This document shows positions 57,511-64,000 of a DNA stretch of 64,000 bases, one piece after another (the first letter of the stretch is position 1; the number at the start of each line of letters is the position of its first letter). Both the position numbers and the translations under genes were made by a program. The notes under the pieces were generated by a model. The model had not been told where the DNA came from. It saw nothing but the letters and a program-made list of their open reading frames with translations, and ran no database searches. Source of the stretch: Nitrospirota bacterium (lineage in GTDB: Bacteria; Nitrospirota; Thermodesulfovibrionia; Thermodesulfovibrionales; Magnetobacteriaceae); assembly GCA_015233725.1 (NCBI GenBank), contig JADFXD010000006.1, forward strand, positions 5,848 through 69,847, read 5' to 3'.

Positions 57511-58397
57511 GTACCATGCAGCCCTCCGAGGTAATCAAGAACATCCGTAGGATTCAGATCACTACGGGGCGTCTGGCCTCGGACTTCTTCTGCGGACGCT
57601 ACCACAGCGTGTTTAAGGGCAGGGGGATAGAGTTTGACGAGGTGCGCCAGTATCTGCCCGGTGATGACATCCGATCAATCGACTGGAACGTCACCGCGCG
57701 GATGGGCGAGCCCTTTATCAAGAAGTTTGTGGAGGAGCGTGAGCTTACCATCATGTTCTTGCTGGATGTCTCGGCCTCGTGCGAGTTTGCCACGGTCAAT
57801 CGCTTCAAGCGCGCCATCGCCGCCGAGATATGCTCCCTGCTGGCGCTGTCTGCCGTCAAGAACAACGACAAGGTTGGCTTTGTCGCCTTCTCCGACAGGG
57901 TGGAGAGGTTCATACGACCATCCAAGGGGCTCAGGCACGCCCTGGCGATAGTCAGAGACGCCCTGTACTTCGATCCCCAGGGCAGGGGCACAGACATCGC
58001 CACGGTCGTGGAGTACCTCAACAGGGTGGTCAAGCGCAGGACGATCACGTTTGTCCTGTCCGACTTCTATACCGAGGGATATGCAAAGCCCCTGTCGATG
58101 GCCAACAGGCGTCATGATGTGATTGCTCTGTCCATCACCGATCCCGTGGAGGTTGACCTGCCTGATGTGGGTCTCATAGAGCTTGAAGACGCCGAAACGG
58201 GCGAGGTCTTTGTCGTTGACACCTCGAGCAAGTCGGTCAGGGACCGCTACCGCAATGACGCCCTCAAGAGGCTGTATGAGAGGAAGCGTCTCTTTCGCTC
58301 CATCAACGTTGACCACGTCGAGGTCTCAACCAGCATCCCATACATAAAGACCCTCGCCAGGTTCTTCAAGATGAGAGAGAGGCGGATCAACAGATAA
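57495..58397 (+). CDS. DUF58 protein (MoxR-associated, vWA-like)
   Basis: SVFKGRGIEFDEVRQYLPGDDIRSIDWNVTAR; EEREL; DVSAS; alternative start 57516. Confidence 0.93.
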   Translation: MTNPRGTMQPSEVIKNIRRIQITTGRLASDFFCGRYHSVFKGRGIEFDEVRQYLPGDDIRSIDWNVTARMGEPFIKKFVEERELTIMFLLDVSASCEFATVNRFKRAIAAEICSLLALSAVKNNDKVGFVAFSDRVERFIRPSKGLRHALAIVRDALYFDPQGRGTDIATVVEYLNRVVKRRTITFVLSDFYTEGYAKPLSMANRRHDVIALSITDPVEVDLPDVGLIELEDAETGEVFVVDTSSKSVRDRYRNDALKRLYERKRLFRSINVDHVEVSTSIPYIKTLARFFKMRERRINR

Positions 58398-58476
58398 AAT
58401 AAAGAAGAAATCGAAAATAAAACAACAAATACGGAGAGAAATAAGTACCTGCCCATAATTAATTATATAAAGAAGC

Positions 58477-58568
58477 GAAGAAAGAAAGGGGCGGTGGAGC
58501 TTCTTTGTCGCTCCAGGACGGACCCCCTTTAGAACCCCCTGCAAGGGCACCAATGCCCTTGACGCGCC
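58477..58568 (-). repeat. Repeat family A copy (GGCGCGTCAAG long variant), one side of the Uma2 gene
   Basis: Reverse complement GGCGCGTCAAGGGCATTGGTGCCCTTGCAGGGGG…. Confidence 0.9.
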
Positions 58569-58618
58569 ATAAAAGTGCTACATATTGGACAGCTTACAAT
58601 ATTAGCCCTTTACACACC

Positions 58619-59149
58619 CTAAAAAGAGAAATCACCAAACACGTCATTAACGTCTACTTCCAGCCCTTCAATGACCTGGGACTTAACCACGCCTTCACCT
58701 TCTGCTGTAGAAAAAAGTTTGTATTTATCACCTTCAATGGTAAATACCTCTATTGTCTCAAGTTCAGGTATGACTATCCAAAATTCAGATACCTTAAATT
58801 TTTCGTATATATCCCTCTTGGTTACGGTATCTTTAGTATAAGAGCCTTTGCTTACAATTTCACAAACCATGTCTGGCACGCCTCTTATAAAATCTTGGGC
58901 TATTGCCATATTTTCTTTTCTGATAAATAAGATATCCGGCTGTAGCTTCTGCTGCCTTTCTTCAAGAATGACATCTAAAGGAGAGTAATAAACCGTCCCC
59001 AATTTTTTGTTTTCCAAATGTAGTATTATTCTTCTTACTATCCTCATGCTAATGTTTTGATGCTTCCTAAACGGACTAGGCCCCATGACTTCCACCCCGT
59101 TGATGATTTCTGTCAACTCAAAATCTCTGTCTAATGTCTGTACTTCCAT
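58619..59149 (-). CDS. Uma2-family (DUF820) PD-(D/E)XK endonuclease-like protein
   Basis: EIING…PSP…HQ; QPDILF; PDMVCEIVS; K…YEKFKVSEFWIV. Confidence 0.92.
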   Translation of the reverse strand: MEVQTLDRDFELTEIINGVEVMGPSPFRKHQNISMRIVRRIILHLENKKLGTVYYSPLDVILEERQQKLQPDILFIRKENMAIAQDFIRGVPDMVCEIVSKGSYTKDTVTKRDIYEKFKVSEFWIVIPELETIEVFTIEGDKYKLFSTAEGEGVVKSQVIEGLEVDVNDVFGDFSF

Positions 59150-59238
59150 AAAGAATATTGTACCACTTGTGATGAAAAAAAACAAATCTACCCTAAAAAG
59201 GGGTGCATCAATTTTTCATGGGTAAGAGTATCAATTAC

Positions 59239-59335
59239 GGCGCGTCAAGGGGGCAGTGCTCCCTTGTGGAGGGGTCTGAGGGGAGCCAGGTGCGACCTGG
59301 AGCGGTAAAGAAGCAAAGCCTCCCCTTCTTTCTTT
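59239..59335 (+). repeat. Repeat family A copy (GGCGCGTCAAG long variant), other side of the Uma2 gene
   Basis: GGCGCGTCAAGGGGGCAGTGCTCCCTTGTGGAGGGGTCTGAGGGGAG…CTCCCCTTC. Confidence 0.9.
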
Positions 59336-59475
59336 GACCAAGCTACCCATGACTTTTTGATGCACCCCTAAAAAGTTCTTCTTTGGGGCTTGATAACCGG
59401 AATACATTCTTGCTAAAATAGTAACCATAAGTATAAATATTCAGAATCGCTCCTTACGCGGGGCAGGAGGAAGAC

Positions 59476-60348
59476 ATGTTTAAAGGCTCAATGGTAGCCC
59501 TGGTTACACCCTTTAAGAACGGGGTTTTTGATGAGAAGGCATATGGGGATTTGATACAATGGCACATAGCGGAGGGAACGAGCGCTATAGTGCCCTGTGG
59601 CACCACCGGAGAATCCGCCACGCTTGAGTACGAGGAACACTATCGCGTGATCGAGGTAGCGGTTGAGGCGGCGGCCAGGCGGGTTGCCGTTATAGCCGGT
59701 ACGGGGGCTAATGCCACCGACGAGACGATCAGGATGACGAAAAAGGCCAAGGCCATAGGCGCTGATGGCGTGCTGCTGGTGTGTCCCTACTACAATAAGC
59801 CTACGCAGGAGGGGTTGTATCGTCACTACCGAGCCGTGGCCGAGGCCGTGGATATACCGCAGGTGATGTACAATGTCCCGGGCAGGACGGCCCTTAACAT
59901 CCTCCCCACTACGGTGGCGCGCCTCAGCGCGATTGAAAACATAGTCGCCATAAAAGAGGCCAGCGGGGATATGAGACAGGTAAGCGAGGTTATAAGGCTC
60001 TGCGGGGATAGCATGACGATCCTCTCAGGGGATGACTTCACTACCTTTGCGTTGATGATGCTTGGCGGCAAGGGGGTCATATCGGTGACAGCCAACATAA
60101 TGCCAGGGGCCGTTGCGCAGATGTGCTCTCTTGCGCAAGAGGGTCAGCTCGACAAGGCCAGAGATGCCCATTACAACCTTGAGATACTAAACAACGCCAT
60201 GTTTATCGAGACTAACCCCATACCGGTAAAGACAGCGCTTGCCATGATGGGTAAGCTAAACGGGGAGTTCAGGCTGCCCCTCTGCGAGATGTCTCACGAT
60301 AACAGGGAAAGGCTCAAGACCGTCTTAACCGCTTACAGGTTGATATAA
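59476..60348 (+). CDS. dapA: 4-hydroxy-tetrahydrodipicolinate synthase
   Basis: GTTGES, PYYNKPTQEG, YNVPGRT, IKEASG and ETNPIPVK. Confidence 0.98.
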   Translation: MFKGSMVALVTPFKNGVFDEKAYGDLIQWHIAEGTSAIVPCGTTGESATLEYEEHYRVIEVAVEAAARRVAVIAGTGANATDETIRMTKKAKAIGADGVLLVCPYYNKPTQEGLYRHYRAVAEAVDIPQVMYNVPGRTALNILPTTVARLSAIENIVAIKEASGDMRQVSEVIRLCGDSMTILSGDDFTTFALMMLGGKGVISVTANIMPGAVAQMCSLAQEGQLDKARDAHYNLEILNNAMFIETNPIPVKTALAMMGKLNGEFRLPLCEMSHDNRERLKTVLTAYRLI

Positions 60349-60434
60349 CGGCTCAGGCGATTATACAGGCAGCAAAAGGGGGCAAGGGGGCGATTGGGGC
60401 GGTTCTTGTCTCCTGAGCGTCCAGAACCCCTGCA

Positions 60435-61388
60435 TTACCACTTGTGACCAATATAGCGTAGTTTTTCTTGTGCATCATTATAGCCAAGTTGCGCCGCCTT
60501 AATCCAATCAATGATGGCCTTATCATGGTGTCCTTTCTTTTCGTAGGCAATGCCACGATGATAGTACGCATAGGCATCCCGTGGGTCTAACTCAATAGCC
60601 CTGGTGTAATCAGCAATAGCTTTGTCGCTGTCTCCCTTTCTAACCCAGGCAAGCCCTCGATTATTGTACGCGCCAACATACCGTGGGTCTAGTTCAATGG
60701 CCTTGTTGTAATCCTCGATAGCCTTGGCACATTCCCCTTGTTCAACCAGGGCGACACCACGATTATTGTACGCCCAGGCAAACCGCGGGTTGATTTCAAT
60801 GGCCTTGTTGTAATCCTCGATAGCCCTGTCGTAGTCATCTTTGGCCGCCCAGGCAAGACCACGATAAGAGTACGCCTCCGCACGACGTGGGTCTATCTCA
60901 ATAGCCCTGGTGTAATGGACGATAGCCTTGTCGTGGTCTCCCTTGTCAAAGCAGGCAAGACCACGCTTTATATACGCCTCCGCATCCCGCGGGGTTATAT
61001 CAATAGTGCTGGTGTAGCCTCCCTTGGCGCTGGCGTAGTCTCCCCTGTGACCAATAGAGAGTAAATGCTCCTTAGCCTGCTTGGAACCAAGCTGTGCCGC
61101 CCTGCTCCAATCAGCGATAGCCTTATCATGGAGCCCCCTCCGTTCGTAGGCAAAACCACGACTAAAGTACGCCCAAACAAACCCTGGATTTATTTCAATG
61201 GCCCTGGTGTAATCCGAGATAGCCCTGTCGTAGTCCCCCTTTTCAAACCAGGAAAAACCACGAAAAGAATACACCTCCGCAAACCCTGGGTCTATCTCAA
61301 TATACCTGGTAAAATCCGCGATAGCCCTGTCGTGATTCCCTTCTCTACCCCAGGCGATACCACGATTAAAGTACTCCCTTGCCTCCAA
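60435..61388 (-). CDS. TPR-repeat protein (two blocks of near-duplicated 34-aa repeats)
   Basis: AYNNRG…AIxDYxxAIExxP repeats; each block ends AAQLG. Confidence 0.88.
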   Translation of the reverse strand: MEAREYFNRGIAWGREGNHDRAIADFTRYIEIDPGFAEVYSFRGFSWFEKGDYDRAISDYTRAIEINPGFVWAYFSRGFAYERRGLHDKAIADWSRAAQLGSKQAKEHLLSIGHRGDYASAKGGYTSTIDITPRDAEAYIKRGLACFDKGDHDKAIVHYTRAIEIDPRRAEAYSYRGLAWAAKDDYDRAIEDYNKAIEINPRFAWAYNNRGVALVEQGECAKAIEDYNKAIELDPRYVGAYNNRGLAWVRKGDSDKAIADYTRAIELDPRDAYAYYHRGIAYEKKGHHDKAIIDWIKAAQLGYNDAQEKLRYIGHKW

Positions 61389-61452
61389 TTGATAGTTTAC
61401 CTACTCCTCAGACACGTCCTTTAAATCCACCTCAACAAGACTAAAGGACAGC

Positions 61453-62472
61453 TCATACCTCATAGACGTTGTAATCTCTAACAAGACAGATGTCCTCTTC
61501 AGAGAACTTGATATCATGCGCATCTAATTTGTATGTGCTAAGGAACTCCTCGTTTGCCTTTATCTTGCTGATGGCCATAGCGGCCTCCTGCATGATAGCC
61601 TCTTTGAGGTGCTTGTCGGTGCTGCGGGGGTCGTGGTGAGTAAGGCCGATCTTCTTGACCTTGCAGATTATGCCCTGCTTGATGCTGCCATGAGGGGTGC
61701 CATGTCCATAACCCGCGGTGGAGGTCTGGTATCTCTGATTGTCGTACTGGGAATCTATAACAAGCAGGTCGGCATTATCAAAATGCTCCCTTAAGTCCGA
61801 GGAAATGGCCGCCACGTCCTCGTGGTCAGTGGCTATGACAGCAACCTTGCCAGTTGGATTTTCCTCAAAACGGTAACTTATGCAGTTGGCGTTACCGTGA
61901 TTGGTCCTGGCCATCTTGATCACCATGCACTCACTCAGCAGATACTTGTTCTTGCTTAAGGAGACCTGCACATTCTTTTTTATTATATTCTTGTAGTCAT
62001 CAAGACCTATCATCGTAAACCCCCCGATGGGATGAACCACGATTACGCAGACGTCATAGTGTGTCAGTGTGATGAACTTCATCTTGTGCGATATCTTCTT
62101 GGCATCAACCGGGAAATAGGGACGGTTAAACAGATACTTGATCATACTCTCCGGGCCATGCCCGTTATCCATGGGACCATATAAGGTCATCGGTATCCTG
62201 TCAATAAAGGTCGGTGGACTGAGCGTTAACCCCACTATGTGATCCCAGTGAAAGTGCGTCAAAAGAATGTAGTAGTGGAGTCCGTTGGCTATTTCACTTA
62301 GATAATTCCACCCCGCCGGCACAAACCCCGTACCGGCATCAACAAACAACCTCGCCCCCCTTGGCAAACACCCTGACATGATCTCAAAACAAGTCGTGTT
62401 ACCACCAGCCTCTACGCTGTCAACATTGGATATCGCAATGCTACCACGTGTCCCCCACGCCTTAACTATCAT
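61453..62472 (-). CDS. MBL-fold metallo-hydrolase
   Basis: WGTRGS…GGNTTC…DAGTG…THFHWDH…GHGT…THHDP. Confidence 0.9.
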   Translation of the reverse strand: MIVKAWGTRGSIAISNVDSVEAGGNTTCFEIMSGCLPRGARLFVDAGTGFVPAGWNYLSEIANGLHYYILLTHFHWDHIVGLTLSPPTFIDRIPMTLYGPMDNGHGPESMIKYLFNRPYFPVDAKKISHKMKFITLTHYDVCVIVVHPIGGFTMIGLDDYKNIIKKNVQVSLSKNKYLLSECMVIKMARTNHGNANCISYRFEENPTGKVAVIATDHEDVAAISSDLREHFDNADLLVIDSQYDNQRYQTSTAGYGHGTPHGSIKQGIICKVKKIGLTHHDPRSTDKHLKEAIMQEAAMAISKIKANEEFLSTYKLDAHDIKFSEEDICLVRDYNVYEV

Positions 62473-62594
62473 AATAAATATAATACCCTACTTTATAATT
62501 TTGTTGCCATATTTTTTATTGCCGTATTATAATTATACATATGGTAAAAGCTGCCACTAAGGATAGGTAAAATGAGATCAGGCTTGAGCATTAA

Positions 62595-62670
62595 GGGGTC
62601 AAGGGGGCTGGCCCCCTTGCAGGGGGGATCTAAGGGGGGGCGGAGCCGCCCCCTTATTTTCTTTTTCTTT
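62595..62670 (+). repeat. Repeat family A copy
   Basis: GGGGTCAAGGGGGC-TG-GCCCCCTTGCAGGGGGGATCTAAGGGGGGGCGGAGCCGCCCCCTTA. Confidence 0.9.
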
Positions 62671-62672
62671 AT

Positions 62673-62981
62673 ATGAAGGATAAAGGGTATACGGAGTTGA
62701 TATGCAAGCCGTTTTGCGAGTTTTACACGGAGGGCAAGGAGTCTATCCAGTGCGCCACCTACGTGTATGTCAGGGACAGGGTACCACTGGATATCCTGGC
62801 TGCGCTCACCTGTGGGGTTGAAAGGCAGAGCATGTTCCTGGATGATAAGTTTATAAAAGAGGCAATCTGCAGACAGTGCGACTTCCTAACGGACGGTTGT
62901 GATTATCGCGATGGATTAAACTCCCCGCCATGTGGCGCTTACAGGGTGGTAGAGATATTAAGGGAAAAGGGGGTCTTGTAA
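62673..62981 (+). CDS. Small Cys-rich hypothetical protein (possible metal or Fe-S binding)
   Basis: CKPFCEFY…C…CRQCDF…C…PCG; two similar half-motifs. Confidence 0.65.
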   Translation: MKDKGYTELICKPFCEFYTEGKESIQCATYVYVRDRVPLDILAALTCGVERQSMFLDDKFIKEAICRQCDFLTDGCDYRDGLNSPPCGAYRVVEILREKGVL

Positions 62982-62992
62982 CAGGCAGACAT

Positions 62993-63760
62993 ATGAGAAA
63001 TTACCCCGATGAAGTGACAATAGACAACACGTTGTATAAGTTTGAAAGAGTGCTTAAAGAGGACTTCTTTTCGATAAATCTCCTGTATAACAGCGAAAAC
63101 AATACACGCTATGTCCTGAAGCTCTCCGACTTCAGGTTCATCTTCGGTGTGTTTTTACGTCCGTTGGCCTCGTTTTTTTCAAGGAGGGAGTACAATATAT
63201 ATCAGCGCGTAGCCGACATCAAGGGCATACCCGCCCTGGGACCGCGGCATGGAGGTCGAGGATACCTTCATCTCTACGTCGATGGCCTGACTCTGCATGA
63301 GTTTAAGGGGAGGTTGGGGAAGTTGCCCGATGACTTCTTCGTCCGATTAAAGGCCATCATTGAAGAGTTGCATAACAGGCGCATCTTCTACCTTGACCTC
63401 AATAAGCTGGGCAATATCATCGTGGGCAGCGACGGGTTGCCGTATCTTATTGACTTCCAAGTAAGCATATATTTTAAGCACCACAGAGGCGTCTTGGGTT
63501 ACGTTATCGATAAAATATTCAAGGGACTTATCAAGGAGGATATATACCACCTTTACAAGCACAAAAGGCGTTTTCAACCCGAACTAATGACGCCACAAGA
63601 AATTGACCTGGCCAAACGCACTGGCTTTAATCAGTGGTACAACCGTATCTTTGGTCACCCCTACCGTAAGGTAAAACGCCTCATCTATCCCTCTGGGAGT
63701 AACGAGATCATCTGGTATAAGTGGAAAAAGACCAAAGACAAAAAACAAAATATTCCGTAA
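62993..63760 (+). CDS. RIO/Kdo-like protein-kinase-fold protein
   Basis: VLK…REY…IPAL…LHNRRIFYLDL…NII…LIDFQ. Confidence 0.75.
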   Translation: MRNYPDEVTIDNTLYKFERVLKEDFFSINLLYNSENNTRYVLKLSDFRFIFGVFLRPLASFFSRREYNIYQRVADIKGIPALGPRHGGRGYLHLYVDGLTLHEFKGRLGKLPDDFFVRLKAIIEELHNRRIFYLDLNKLGNIIVGSDGLPYLIDFQVSIYFKHHRGVLGYVIDKIFKGLIKEDIYHLYKHKRRFQPELMTPQEIDLAKRTGFNQWYNRIFGHPYRKVKRLIYPSGSNEIIWYKWKKTKDKKQNIP

Positions 63761-63872
63761 CTAAAATCACCCTCTTGACAAAGAGGTGCAGTTTTAAATA
63801 CTATATAATTAGTAATTAAATACTATACATATAAGTATTAGTATATTAAAACCACTAAGGAGGTTATGTGTA

Positions 63873-64000
63873 ATGAAACACAAGTTTAAGGTACAGAGGC
63901 TTCTCCTGCTAATGCTGTTGATGTCTATAGCGGCGCTTTATGGTTGTGCTGGTCTGGAGTTTGCCCCTAAGAAGGCAATGTGGTACTATCACAAGGAGCT
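63873..64000 (+). CDS. Lipoprotein, 3'-truncated by the window edge
   Basis: MKHKFKVQRLLLLMLLMSIAALYG-C; AAGGAGG SD upstream. Confidence 0.7.
   Translation, partial: MKHKFKVQRLLLLMLLMSIAALYGCAGLEFAPKKAMWYYHKE

Noticed and set aside
60435-61388. 102-nt near-identical repeats as a possible DGR TR/VR pair or array
   Set aside because: In-frame TPR unit duplications within one coding sequence; no non-coding template
5245-62670. Family A repeats as a CRISPR array or tRNA-like genes
   Set aside because: Dispersed, both orientations, no regular spacers, no cas genes, no cloverleaf or T-loop motif
1-64000. DGR reverse transcriptase, Avd or AAC-rich template repeat; integrase; rRNA or tRNA
   Set aside because: No RT motifs in any ORF and no AAC-rich non-coding copy of the VRs were found by eye; none recognised

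Overview
Bacterial chromosomal window, about 64 kb. Gene style and the expanded 'DFNGDGKxDILWQ' FG-GAP protein family tentatively suggest Nitrospirota (Ca. Magnetobacterium-like); this is inference only. The core content is a tol-pal operon, an iscR-tusA-iscS-iscU cluster, a complete dcw cluster (mraZ to ftsZ, with an inserted D,D-carboxypeptidase), two radical SAM genes, proA, moxR/DUF58 and dapA. Accessory content: (1) an AT-rich two-gene island (1473-aa STAS/GHKL/2xPRTase/GHKL-like protein plus a receiver-APH-type kinase) bracketed by ~320-340 bp direct repeats, a candidate conflict/defence system; (2) a secreted FG-GAP protein with two DUF1566/CLec domains whose ends carry a diversity-generating-retroelement (DGR) variable-region signature and a downstream GC hairpin, with no RT or template in the window; (3) an Rpn-family gene with an internal RBS, a peptidase-S74 fibre plus FG-GAP gene pair, a methyltransferase islet within 33-bp direct repeats, a Uma2 gene between inverted repeat copies, and an unannotated 29-aa hydrophobic peptide gene; (4) at least two dispersed REP/MITE-like repeat families, one with 12 full copies and one translated inside murG. 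No rRNA, tRNA, CRISPR array, integrase or reverse transcriptase was recognised. All family assignments come from motif recognition by eye, not database searches.
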